From Octopus sinensis (Eukaryota), in the NCBI RefSeq assembly GCF_006345805.1, contig NC_043001.1, forward strand, positions 32,116,001 through 32,180,000: 64,000 nt of DNA, written 5' to 3'. The notes under the pieces were generated by a model. The model was not told the origin of the DNA and did not search any database. It was given only the letters and a program-made list of their open reading frames with translations. The stretch's first letter is position 1; every line of letters starts with the position of its first letter. Of the stretch, positions 48,951 through 62,189 are shown piece by piece. The translations under genes were made by a program, and so were the position numbers.

Positions 48951-50939
48951 ATATATATGTTTGCGTATCTGTGTGTGTATGTCTATGTATATATATAAAC
49001 ATATTTACATCAGTATACATATATGTATATACACACACATTCAGACACACTCACACACATATCAGTAGATAGATAGATAAATAGATAGTTACACAAGTAT
49101 ATTAATAAACACAGCCGCGCGGTTTAAAAGGAAATAATCTCTATTGTATACACTTTTAAAACATTTCATGACAACAAAATGTGCGCGAAGAAGCAAGCTA
49201 AGCGTTTACCAATTGAAACAGCCGCTGGTTCAATGATACAAACTTCCTCTTTTAAGGTGTCCTAAATTGAAACTCTCCATCAAAATTTCGTGTTTATTTA
49301 TTTTCCAAAATCAAGCTCAAGGAAAAATATTTAAGTAAATTGTTCTTCCTTTTCAAAATTAATTGCACTAAAACAAAGACAATGTATTTCACTAGACATG
49401 TGGTAAGAAAAACGTTAAGTGCTTCAGACCATGAGAAGCTATATTCTGCTGGATGGTGTTCACAAGCGCACATATATGTGTATAGTATACACAGTGGGAA
49501 ATAACATATTAAATAATTACCAAAATAATCATTCATATTATTAGTAATTATTTTCAAGAAAGGGAAAGTCAACGACACTGAAATCTAATCTGATAAAATG
49601 CCGAATAAAAGTAGAGAGTGGCAAGTTAGATTGATCTATGGAAAGTACGGTGGCAATGCCAAACAGGTTTCAGCAACAACATATACTCATTTACACATTT
49701 ACGAGAGCTTACACTGACTGAAAGAATAAAAATTATTATAAAACAAATGATTGATTTGTATTCTAGAATTGTCTCCCTTAGGTTTCTTCGTATGAATTTC
49801 TATTACTGATATGATTTTGAGTGAGTGAGTTTTTTTTAATCTCTGCAAGATATAATATATATGCTACTTATCTATATGAAACTCATGCATAAAAAATATC
49901 TTGAAATCTCATTCCATTATAGTAATATACTATTTTTAACTGAGTGATATAGGATTTGTTTGCTGGTAATTTTGTTTCTTATTGAGCTAAATATTTTGCG
50001 AGTGGTTTGTGTGTAACTCCGCAAATAAACTGTTGGTCGAGCCATTATAGGGAGATTCGTCTTCACCAATATATTGGAAGTACTGAGAGAGGTAATTATA
50101 GATATATTTTCATCGTTCATCATTGAACAAAAAAATATTTAGTTGTTCAATGTTTGTCTAATGCCATCAAAATGATTTGAGCCAATGAGAGACCTTACAC
50201 ATTGTCACTTGATGTTCTACACATAACAGCCAAATTTTCCTCAAACTCTACACAATCAATACGAACTGGAAAAACACATTGACTAATGATGCTCTAAATA
50301 AAATGTTGGAAATAAAGGCGAGTAAGCTGTGATTGGAATGTCATTGATCATCGCTCCGATTGACCAGAATAAGAGGCCTTACATTATGTCGTTCGATGTG
50401 CTACAATTAAGAACCAAATACCAATCTTCCTCAAATCTCACGTAAACATATTAAAGGATAAGACTATATTTAGCAATGTTCTCATAGGCATGCAGTCTGG
50501 AATAAAGATAGGTATGCTGTAGCAGGAATAACTTTGGTCATAAATCTGATCAAAACGAACAAAAAAAAAAACCCACCATTATCATAAAAACAAATAAACT
50601 GAAGAATTCGATGAATACACTACATTTCACAGCAGCACAATTCAAATGTATTTAATTATTTGTTTGGTCATTTTATTTCAGTGGGGCTAAAAACGTAATA
50701 TTATGAGGTAAATTGAGGTACTGGATGTCTTAGAAAGGCATGAGTGACTTAAGAGTCGATGCTTCAACGAAAACATTACAAAATATTTATCGTTATTTGG
50801 TAGTTTGTTAGTGAAACAATTAGGCAAATATGTAGATGAAATTCCTTATCGTTTGTGATCTGGAAATATAATTTTTGTATTCGATCAAACTGATACAAAG
50901 TATAGAAAAGGGCTATCTAACATTATCATCTTTGATTTC

Positions 50940-51360
50940 ATTCTCTTTTACTCTTTTACTTGTTTCAGTCATTTGACTGCGGCCATGCTGGAGCACCGCA
51001 TTTAGTCGAGCAAATCGACCCCGGGACTTATTCTTTGTAAGCCCAGTACTTATTCTATCGGTCTCTTTTGCCGAACCGCTAAGTGACGGGGACGTAAACA
51101 CACCAGCATCGGTTGTCAAGCAATGCTATGGGGACAAACACAGACACACAAACACACACATGCATATATATATATATATATATACATACATATATACGAC
51201 TGGCTTCTTTCAGTTTCCATCTACCAAATCCACTCACAAGGCATTGGTCGGCCCGAGGCTATAGCAGAAGACACTTACCCAAGATGCCACGCAGTGGGAC
51301 TCAACCCGGAACCATGTGGTTGGTTAGCAAGCTACTTACCACACAGCCACTCTTGCGCCT
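50940..51360 (-). mobile_element. OK-type SINE, full length
   Basis: Collinear with 31201-31619. Confidence 0.92.
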
Positions 51361-51689
51361 ATAATTCAGGCATAATACTTAATGTAAAGTGTGACGTGCC
51401 ACGTTAAAAGGGGCCAAGACTAATCTAAGCATGAGGATATGTGCTGAGAAGTATAAAAGAAAGAATGGTTCTTGCAATGTAAACACGGGAGTAAATAAGA
51501 GTATTTTTTTTACCTACCGGAGTATTTTCTTCGAAACTGTGGTGTTGAGTCTGAAAGTAAAACAAAATAATATCAACATGTGTTTTTATATAAGTCAAAT
51601 AATGAGTATAGGTATGTTTATATGTGTGTGTAATATATATGTATATTTATATATCTAGATACACGTATATGTAATATATCCATGGAAGC

Positions 51690-51811
<122 letters not shown>

Positions 51812-52490
51812 CAGATAGATGGAGAGAAATAGAGAGAGAGAAAGAAAGAAAGAAGAAAGAAAGAGAGAAATAACTGGATACATAGATATATGTATATGTA
51901 TATATGTATATATGCGTTTTTATCCACAAACACATATAGTCACACGGGTACACGCATTTATAGTGCGCACAAAGATGCAGCAATTTAGTATGGTGAAAAT
52001 TATAAAACGAGAAACTGTCAGTGTTTCGTACGCGAAGAACAGAACAGATGAAATGTTGAGAACATGCAAAACGATTTTATGCAATATCTACATTTCTTAC
52101 GTTTATTAACACGCGCTGTTCATAAATACATGCATGCATATATACCTGACTGCTTACATGCAAAGAACACATACACATGTAGGCACACATACATGTATAA
52201 GGGATAAATAAATGTACACATATGTATACATTAACGAGAGATAGTTTAGAATCGTTTCTTCTCAAAACACTAAGAAATGTTAAAACGTATTTATGTATTT
52301 AACCAAATTATATTTAGTTTATGATATCCTGCGCCATTTGTTAAAGTAAATACGAACACAGAAACTACTGACTATTGGAGTGGGTATAATCTGTGTCTTT
52401 AAGTCTGTGTTTATTTAGAATAAAATTGTTTATTTAGAATTTGTTTCTGGTGATTAAGTCTCAGTTACACATACATACATACATACATAC

Positions 52491-52550
<60 letters not shown>

Positions 52551-52640
52551 AAATACATACATATATTTTATACATCTATGTCTATCTATCTACATATAGA
52601 TATATGCACATATATACAATATATATGTATATATATGTAT

Positions 52641-52734
<94 letters not shown>

Positions 52735-52888
52735 GCAAAGAAGTAATGTTTCTCAGTCTCGCTCCATCTACCCAACATTAGAATTCAAATAGCCAGAAAG
52801 TAATAAATATTTCAAGAGCAACACATACATACATACATACATACATACATACATAGTTATATGCATACGGATACATATATATACATAA

Positions 52889-52923
<35 letters not shown>

Positions 52924-52966
52924 TGTATGTATGTATGTATGTATGTATGTATGTATAAATGTATGT

Positions 52967-53824
52967 ACAGCTGTCATCCAATGGGCGGTAAAGAACAATA
53001 CGCTGTTGAACGAGGATAAATTTGAGTTAATCCTCTTCAGAAAAGAGGATACCCTGAAACTCCCATACTCCCTTCCTTCGGATGAAACTCTCATGGCATC
53101 CAACAACATCAGAGACTTGGGAGTAATTGTGGACAACAACATAAGCTGGGCCGCTCATATGAACAGCAAAGTTGACATGGCCCAAAGATAGTGTGCCTAG
53201 ATACTCAGAGGTTTCCAGGTGAGAGATATCAACGCCCTTATCGTTCTCTTGTCCATCTTCGCCCGACCCCATTTTGGTATCATGAAAGAGGAAGCATCTC
53301 AAAGGTCAATTACAAAAAAGTTAAACAGGATGACAGGCCTTGACTATTGGGGTCAACTAGAAAAGCTCATTATTTATTCTCCCCCAAAGTCGCCTTGAGT
53401 GCTGCATCATTAGCATGATGTGGAAAATATTCCATCAGCATTACCCAAATGATGCTGGCATCGCCTTTAAGGTACACACAAGGTATGAGCCCTGTACTAT
53501 CCGCCCACAATGTAAGTCACACTCGCATCTCATAACAACGATACGGCATGATTATTTCACTTCAGTTGGCCCTGCTCTCTTTAACATTACACCGAAAAAC
53601 ATTAAAGCAGAAACAAACCCCATAAAGTTCAAGAAGTCTTTGGACAAATTCCTTCAAGAAATCCCGAATAAACCTCCTACACCTGGATATGCCTCGGTAA
53701 ACAATAACTCTACTCGAGTGGGCCATGGTGTCCGAATCCTGATTTAAATGACTTCACCAGGTGGTGCTATTAAGTTAGACATGGCCTGGACCAATACTGG
53801 CCAAAACCTACCAAAGTATCAAAG

Positions 53825-53828
<4 letters not shown>
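52967..53828 (+). mobile_element. CR1/L2-group LINE 3' fragment (RT C-terminus + 3' UTR, (TATC)n tail)
   Basis: WAVKNNTLLNEDKFELI…IRDLGVIVDNNISWAAH…FKKSLDKFLQEIPNKP; ends AAAGTATCAAAGTATC then (TATC)n. Confidence 0.85.
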
Positions 53829-53859
<31 letters not shown>

Positions 53860-53876
53860 ACACACATATATATATG

Positions 53877-53947
<71 letters not shown>

Positions 53948-53988
53948 GTATATATATATGCATACATATATATATATATGTATGTATG

Positions 53989-54019
<31 letters not shown>

Positions 54020-54049
54020 ATGTATATATATGCATATATATGTGTGTGT

Positions 54050-54150
54050 ATAGATAGATAGATAGATAGATACTGTGATACTTCGGTAGGTTTTGGCCAG
54101 TATTGGTCCAGGCCATGTCTACCTTAATAGCACCACCTAGTGAAGTCATT
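54050..54150 (-). repeat. Inverted copy of the CR1/L2 3' UTR
   Basis: Reverse complement of 53744-53850 (AAATGACTTCAC.AGGTGGTGCTATTAAG.TAGACATGGCCTGGACCAATACTGGCCAAAACCTACC). Confidence 0.9.
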
Positions 54151-54654
54151 TATATATATATATATATATATAATATATATATATATATGTATATGCATGT
54201 GTATAGATAGATACTTTGATATTTTGGTAGTATTTTGGCCACCTCAAGCAACAAACGATATTCCACCGAAATCCAGTCCTTCAGACCATAGCACAGAAAA
54301 CGAAAGACCATCACATTCCGCCAGAAAGAACTGCTCTCCTCTGCGTTACGGTCCATCCACAGTCCACCAGAGGGGCTTTCAACAAACCATTCTACACTAC
54401 GGTCTACTACTGCACAGTCCTTTATTCCAAAAACCCTGTCTTCCACTTACGCCACACTAAAGTCAACCACATAATACCATATTAAACCACATCATATATC
54501 ACGACATCACAACCTCCACATCAGAGTTCACCAGAGTTTAAGACAAACCACAATTCTAAATGCATTCAGCTCAACACACTATATTCCTCCATACCACTGT
54601 CCTTCACTGCCCACCATGCTTCACCAAATTCCTCCAACATATTCCATTATACAC

Positions 54655-54735
54655 TTCTATATTTAAGAGATGAGGGATTATTTACATTATTTACATTCGA
54701 TGGATATTTGTCCTCATTTTGTTTGTTGCTAACTA
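54655..54735 (-). mobile_element. Inverted tail piece of the hammerhead-bearing element
   Basis: Reverse complement matches 57277-57340 and 12885-12925. Confidence 0.8.
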
Positions 54736-54756
54736 TATTCTACGCCATATGTCCAC

Positions 54757-54832
54757 GGGCATATGGCGTAGTGGTTAAAAGCGCGGGCTACTAACCCCAA
54801 GATTCCGAGTTCGATTCCAAGAAGTGACCTGA
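54757..54832 (+). mobile_element. tRNA-like SINE head (Pol III A and B boxes)
   Basis: A box TGGCGTAGTGG 54764-54774, GGG-CTACTAA-CCC anticodon-like arm, B box GTTCGATTCC 54809-54818; no intact acceptor stem. Confidence 0.8.
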
Positions 54833-54993
54833 GCAACAACAACAACAACAACACAACAACAACAACAACAATAATAATAATAATAATAATAATAAAACCA
54901 TCTTAATTCCCAAATCCAATGAGACAGCAAAACCAGAAAACTACAGACCTATAACCTGTCTCCCTACAATGTACTGCAGTAATATTACAAAGA

Positions 54994-55953
54994 TTGAACA
55001 AGCACCTGGACGAAAAGAACCTGTTTCCAGAAGAGCAGAAAGGATGCCACGAAGGCTCATATGGCTATAAAGATCAACTAATGATCAATAAAGCCATAAT
55101 TGAAGACAGCCACAGAAAGAGTAAAGGCCTCAGTATGGCCTGGATTGACTACAGAAAGGCGTTTGATAGCATCCCCCACACATGGATCCTCGAAACACTA
55201 GCCATTAACAAAGTAGCACCAACAACTATAAAATACATAGGACACTCTATGAATAAATGGCAGACAGTTGTACAGCTCCAAACAGGAGAGGGACTCGTGA
55301 AAACCAAAGCCATCCTCATTAGAAGAGGAATATTCCAGGGAGACACGCTCTCTCCACTCTTTTTCTGCTTGGCACTGTCACCTCTATCTGATATGCTAAA
55401 TATAACTGGTTGCGGATATAGATGTTACGGCAAAACGATCAGCCACCTGTTATATATGGATGACCTAAACCTATACGCTACAAATGACAAACAGCTGGAA
55501 ACGCTACTAAAGACAGTTCGTGGATTTACAAAAGAAATAGATATGAAATTTGGATTAGAAAAATGCGCCAAAGTAACCATGAAAAGAGGAAAACTAGTTA
55601 AGAGTAGCAACATCACACTAGATAAAGCCAATGAAATAAGAGAATTAGGTCAAAGCCAAACTTACAAATATTTAGGAATCAATGAACTTGATACAATACA
55701 ACACACACAAATGAAAGAGAAAATAATGAAAGAATACCTTAGACGAGTTAGATCAATACTAAAAACAGAGCTCAATGCTAAAAACAAGATAATAGGTATT
55801 AACACTTTAGCCGTCCCAGTTATAAGTTACAGCTACAATATCCTTAACTGGACGCTAAATGAACTAACCAAAATAGATAGGAAAACAAGAAAAATAATGA
55901 CAGGATCTAGGATGCATCACCCAAAATCTGACATAGAAAGGCTATATATATAA
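54994..55953 (+). pseudogene. Reverse transcriptase reading frame of the Dong-like LINE (319 aa, truncated)
   Basis: RT motifs KAFDS, QGD, YMDD, YKYLG; premature TAA at 55951-55953. Confidence 0.92.
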
Positions 55954-56153
55954 CGTACAGAAGGTGGTAGAGGCCTTATAAAGCTGGAAAACTATTATAA
56001 AATAGCCACCATAGGCTGCAAAAATACCTACTTCAGAAGCAAGGAAAACTGATACAAATAGCGGCAAAACAAGAGCAAAACAAAAAATTGTTCTCAGTAT
56101 TTAAGGAAGCTGACAAATACAAACAAGAAATCATACCACCTAACAAATATGAA

Positions 56154-56236
56154 AAGAAGAAGAAGAAGAAGAAGAAGAAGAAGAAGAAGAAGAAGAAGAA
56201 GAAGAAGAAGAAGAAGAAGAAGAAGAAGAAGAAGAA
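56154..56236 (+). repeat. (GAA)n tract of about 27 units inside the LINE ORF
   Basis: Direct reading; upstream and downstream coding frames differ across it. Confidence 0.95.
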
Positions 56237-57167
56237 CAACAAAAGCTATAAAACAAATGAAATCCAAACTAAAACAAGAACAGCAACGGACCATGATAAA
56301 ACGATGGCAAGAAAAGCCCCTTCATGGCAAATACTGGACTAAACTAAATGCAAAAGAAATAGACAAAGAAAAATCCCAGCAATGGTTGAGAAGCTCAGGA
56401 CTCAAAGCAGAGACAGAGGGATTTTTAATTGCTGCACAAGACCAAAGCCTCCCCACCAGAATTTACCAAAAACATGTAATGAAAAGAAATATAACAAGTA
56501 ACTGCAGAATATGAGGAGATGGACAAGAAACAATAAATCATATTATCTCTGGCTGCCCAGTCCTGGCTAAGAAGGAATATATTCACAGACACGACAGAGT
56601 TGGGACCTACATACACTGGAAGCTATGCCAACATTATGGAATAACAACAGAAAAAAGATGGTATAGGCACACACCAGAAAAGGTCACAGAAAACGAGAAA
56701 GCAACCATACTCTGGGATATGCCAATACACACAGATAGAGAAATTAAGGCCAACAGACCAGATATAGTTGTCAGAGATCATGAAAAGAAAAATGCTTTCT
56801 AATTGATGTATCAATACCAGCAGATGACAACGTGTCTCTAAAAGAAATGGAGAAACTTTCAAAATACAAAGACCTGGAAATAAAGGTAACTAGAATGTGG
56901 AATCTAAAAACAGAAACAATTCCTATCATAGTAGGTGCATTAGGCATGATAAAAAATATTCAGACAAATACATAACAAAAACACCAGGACTTACAAACAC
57001 ATATAACTTACAGAAAATTGCACTACTAAGCACTGCACACATCCTACGCAGAACACTTTCAATACAGTAACCATCAGAGCACCACAACAACTCACAACAC
57101 ATACCCAAAGCACACAGAGCTGCGATCGGTAGTGAAGTGAAAGTACGCTATAAAAATAAAACTACTG

Positions 57168-57342
57168 AATTATAATACTAATAACATCAAATAATACCTT
57201 AGGAATGAGAACCCAGGTTCGAAATTTCCCCAAGACACCTGAAGAAGGCTGGAGGGTATATCAGCCGAAACGTTGTGTTAACAACAAACAAGATGAGGAA
57301 AAATATCCAACGAATGTAAATAATGCAAATAATGTAAATAAT
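57168..57342 (+). mobile_element. 3' half of the hammerhead-bearing short element
   Basis: AATAACATCAAATAATACCTTAGGAATGAG…hammerhead…CAAACAAGATGAGG…GAATGTAAATAATG. Confidence 0.8.
57234..57279 (+). ncRNA. Minimal type I hammerhead ribozyme motif (palindromic stem III)
   Basis: GACAC-CTGAAGA-A-GGCTG-GAGGGTATAT-CAGCC-GAAA-CGTT^GTGTT; stem I GACAC/GTGTT, stem II 5 bp, AACGTT palindrome. Confidence 0.75.
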
Positions 57343-57349
57343 ATTCCAC

Positions 57350-60300
57350 TATATTCAACTTACCTACACAGTTCTCTATAGTTTCACATAATTCCTACCA
57401 AACAACAATGTCCACCAGGCTCTACCACACCACACCACACCATGCACTGTCCACTACAGAACATCACTGTTCCCACAGCACTCACTATTCTCGTCAGTAC
57501 CCACTGTTCTCCATAGTACATTCTGACCACCACAATGCATCAGCTGTTTCCTACATCAACCAAACTATCCACCTTGGTGCACCACTATGCCCCAAAGGAT
57601 CCACTGTCACGCACAGTACCTACTGTCCCCTAATGACTTTCTGTCCCTCACGTTACATTCAGCATGTTACTGTCCACCACAGCAACCTACTGTCCTCACA
57701 GCACGTCCACCATGGTACCCACTGTCCACTACAGAAATCACTGCCTGCCACATTCCACCTCTGCCCACCACAATACCCACTCTCCCTCAAAGCACACACC
57801 ATCGCCACTCACTCCACCCACTGCCACTTGCTGTACCCCATTGACCCCTAATGGACCTCACTGTCCCTTATTGCACCCATTGTCCCCCACAGCACCCATC
57901 GTCCGGCACAGGTTACTAGTCGACTACACTAAGTATCTGTCCACCACTGTTCACGACTGTTTATCATAGCACTCCACTCCCTTACCCAGTGCACCATCAA
58001 ACTCTCAAATGCCCCGCTGTCTCACACAGAACCTACTATCCCCTAATGACATCATTCTCCTTATAGCACGTTCACCACATTGCACTAATGACCACCTCAG
58101 TACTTACTGTCCACCACATTCTATCATTGTCAATCAGAGCAGTATCCCACGGTCCACCACATTCCACCGCTTTTCCCTACAATGCCTACTGCTCCTCAAA
58201 ACACTCACCAGCCCTACTGCACCCCATTGTCCCCTCTGGATCACATTGTAACACCTCGACCCATTGTCAGGTAATGAACCTTAGTGACCCCTTTCTCGCC
58301 TACTGTTTGCATTGTCGCCTACACCCCCTCTTTCACCTACTGTCCCCATTGTCGCTTACTGTCCCTATCATCGCCTACTGTCTCCCACTGCCTCCACTGA
58401 CTCTTTCAGCACCCATTGTCCATCACAGTTCACCAGTCTGTCACATTAACTAACTGTCAAGCACTGTCCACAACTATTTACCTCAGCACTCCACAACTCG
58501 CACAATCCCTCAAGGCACCCATCACTCCTATACAACCCATTTTCCCCAATTGTACCTCACTGTCCCGGACAGAATCCACAGCCCCCACTGTACTCCGCAA
58601 CACCCATTGCCCACCATATTTCGCCAGTCTGCCACATCAGTCTACAGTCCACTGCCGTCCACTAATCTTTATTACATCATGTCACTCCCCAACACAGTGT
58701 ACCAATATTCCACACAGCACGTTCACCAAGCCGCACTACTGTCGACCACAAAATTATGCCAACCCCACAGTATCCCATCACACATCATATTGCACAACTG
58801 CCCACCTTCATCATCACTGTCCTCCACAGTGCACCAGTGTATACAAGAGCAGCATCCCATGATCCACCAGATTTCACAAATCTTCCAAACGACCCACTGT
58901 TTCCCATGCCTCCAGTGCCTCCCATTACACCCCACTGTCTCCCACTATCTCCATTGAACTGCACTGCTCATAGCACCCTCTGTCCCCTACAGCACCCACA
59001 GTCTCCCCACAGCACCCATTATACCCCAGTACACTCACTGTCTTGCACTGTAAGCCACTGTCCCTCACTGTCACTACCTATCTTCTACTGTCCCCATTGC
59101 ACTGCTCGATTCCTCATAGCGCTCACTGTTCCCCTACAGCACTCATAGTACCCCCATAGCACCCACTATCCGCCAGTGTACCCACTGTCTTGCACTGTAA
59201 GCCACTGTCCCTCACTGTCTCTACCTATCTCCCACTGTCCCCATTGCACTCCACTATTCCTCAGAGAGCTCACTGACCCCCTACAGGCACCCACTATCCA
59301 TTAGTGCACCCACAGTCACATACTGTCCCCCACTGTTCCCCATTGTACTCCACTGTGCGTCATGTGCAGTACTTATGCAAGAGAAGCATCCTACTGTCCA
59401 CCACATTACCCTGTTGTCCTCCAGAGTAATAACCCATTGTCCGATATAGCGCACTACTATCTCCAGAACACTCCACTATCCATCATGCTGATCCACTGTG
59501 TACCTTTGCCCCTACTGAACACCTTTGCCCCTACTGTGTACCTTTGGCCCCACTGTCCACCTTAGGCCCTACTATCCACCTTTGGCCTCACTGTCCACAT
59601 TTTGCCCAACTGTCCACCTTTGGCCACACTGTCCACCCCTGCAGCATCCCATAGTCAACCACACCTCACCACAGTCCCATACAGCACCGCTACCCCCAGA
59701 GCACCCACTGACCCTCACGACCCTACTGCCTTCCACTGCACACCACTGTGTCCGATATAGCGCACTACTATCTCCAGAACACTCCACTATCCATCATGGC
59801 TTCACAACGATCTATCACAGTTCACCAAACGAAGTTCAGCGCCCATTGACCTCATCAGCACAGTTCCTTCCACCATAGTTAAACACCGGAGTTTATTAAA
59901 GTCAATGAAGGTACAATTAACAATATTCACAAATGTTGACCACAGCACCCTCAATCCACCAGAACAGCACCCCACTGGCCACCACAATTCACCTCTGGCC
60001 CCACAGCATTTTCTGTCTATCACAGCATAATTCGCAACTGTCACCCACAGCACTCACTGTCCTCCACTGCACCACTGTTCCCAACAGTACAACCTGTCCA
60101 TCATATATTCTATCTAACACAGCATCCACTGTTCAACACAATGCACTCTTGTCCACCATTTTGCACAACTGTTCAGAAGAGCAGCATCCTATCATCCACC
60201 CTACACCTCTACACACAATGCACTATACTACATTCTACCACAGCACAAAACACCACATCATGGTTTACTAAACCACTATCAACCACACTGTGGTTTACTA

Positions 60301-61500
60301 CAGTTCTCTACGGTCCATTTCTCTGGCTTCACAACGATCTATCACAGTTCACCAAACGAAGTTCAGCGCCCATTGACCTCATCAGCACAGTTCCTTCCAC
60401 CATAGTTAAACACCGGAGTTTATTAAAGTCAATGAAGGTACAATTAACAATATTCACCATTACCAAGGACCACCATATCACTGTTCAGAAGAGTCTCCAA
60501 CAACTCAGTAAACTACAGTCCGCCAGATTCGACCATACCGCAGTCCAGTATAGTTAATCTCACACAATCAGCTAATGTCCACTATACCACATTTCACCAC
60601 GTTCTATACCAACACTGTGCAAATCACAAAATTCAACCAACTCACTGTCCACTGCAGTTCATTGAATACCAAAGCCTTCCCTCGTCTACAAGAGCACTCT
60701 CTAACACAAAACTTCTTATCACCATTCACTAAAGTTTCCCACCATCTACCCAAGTCCACCCAAATCCACAACACTCCATCACGATACGTTACAGTCTTTC
60801 ACAGTCAAGGCTACCACAGCCAACGACAATCTTCCATACAGAAGTCCAACACACCACTCACAGCAATCTAAGACAAAGTATTCAAAATGCTGTTCACTAT
60901 ACCAGATTCCAGCAACATATAGACCACCACCATCTAAAACTGCACCATACCACGTTTCGCGATACCTATTAATGTATTACATAATTTATCACAATAGAGT
61001 GTACCACAGCCTACCACATCACAATCCAGATTACGAAAGTCTATATACCCCAGGTCACAAAATCTACACAAGTCCTTCACACTGCATCAACTGTTCAACA
61101 CCACTAAACGTTATCACACAACGAAATTTGAACTCAGAACGTAAAGACAGACGAAATACTGCTAAGTATTTTGTCGGCGTACTTACGCCTTAAACACATA
61201 ATAACACCACACTATTCCACCCTACTCCATCACACCACATTATAATAAACCCTACACTGCCATAACACATGCCTACAGAGACCTATACTACAGCCCTGCA
61301 CAGCACAGTTCACTAAGCACCAACTATCACATAAAACTCCACCACATTTTACGATATCCCCACCACACCAGATTGCACCACAGTTCCAAAGAACACAGTT
61401 TCACAATTTCCCAAATGTCCAGCAGAGAGCATTGCACTGCATTAGACCACACCAGTGCTCAATATTTGTACAACATTAGAGTATATTGCTCTAGTAGAGC
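57350..61500 (+). repeat. G-poor, C/A-rich cryptically simple tract (CACTGT/CCCACTG/CACAGCAC-like motifs) with internal duplications
   Basis: Near-exact duplicates: 59799-59929 vs 60325-60455; 59438-59486 vs 59749-59797; 59030-59103 vs 59178-59250. Similar composition at 54245-54655. Confidence 0.8.
61123..61190 (-). mobile_element. OR-SINE head fragment
   Basis: GAAATTTGAACTCAGAACGTAAAGACAGACGAAATACTGCTAAG matches 46310-46360. Confidence 0.75.
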
Positions 61501-61509
61501 AAGACAACA

Positions 61510-62140
61510 TAGTAACGCCGTTAGTAGTATCATGTGGTGGACTGCGGTCTGACAGAGCAGCGTTGACAGTGACCTTTTGCTGAAATGCGGGTTCGTGGGC
61601 TGTGAAGGATACTCGTTTGTGGACTATGATGGACAATGATAGATTGTGCTGGGCAGTCGAGAACTATGCTTTGGTGGACGATAGTGGTATATGTAAACTG
61701 TGGTGAGTTTTGTTCAACTAGACAGTATTGGACTGTCACTTGCTGAACAATCGAGGTTTGCGGTTGTAGTGCGGTGCATTGTGGGGAAATAATGGAGGGT
61801 GTTGTGTTCGAACGTAGTGTGGTAAAATGGTGAGGACAGTGATCGACTATCACATGATGCAGTGAAATGTTTAGCAAATTACAGTGCGAAGAGATGTTAA
61901 TGGATTGTGACAGGTTAAAGTGGCGTGGTACGTTGTGTGATGATAATCTTCACTGAGGTAGATTGAGAAAGCATATCCTGGAGTTATACAATATATGTTG
62001 TTGAGTGAGATGTGCCATGTCGTAGCTTAATAGATTATGCAGAGTAGTGTATTTTGGTGAGATTCAGGAGAGTTTGGTGTAAAGAACTCTAGTGGACTAT
62101 GATGTTGTGGAATGTGGTTGAGAAAGTAAAAATAGGAGGG
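61510..62140 (-). repeat. Same cryptic repeat in opposite orientation (C-poor, T/G-rich on plus)
   Basis: Reverse complement has the same CAC/CCA-rich composition; GGACTGCGGT matches reverse of ACCGCAGTCC at ~60538. Confidence 0.6.
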
Positions 62141-62189
62141 TGAAATATCGTATCTGAAATAATCAGGGGAAGTTAAGTTAAGAAAATTT

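Larger units (their letters stand above)
54895..57167 (+). mobile_element. 5'-truncated R4/Dong-like RLE LINE, family 1 (RT, CCHC, RLE, 3' UTR)
   Basis: LIPKSNETAKPENYRPITCL; QKG…WIDYRKAFDS…GIFQGDTLSP…YMDD…YKYLG; CRI*GDGQETINHIISGC (CCHC with stop); ANRPDIV…LIDVSIP; inserted in (AAT)n. Confidence 0.95.

Noticed and set aside
54757-54832. Functional tRNA gene
   Set aside because: No pairing acceptor stem or T-run terminator; continues into a microsatellite, so it is a SINE head
57408-60871. His/Cys/Pro/Thr-rich ORFs as a mucin or metal-binding protein
   Set aside because: Short, overlapping in all three frames, explained by base composition
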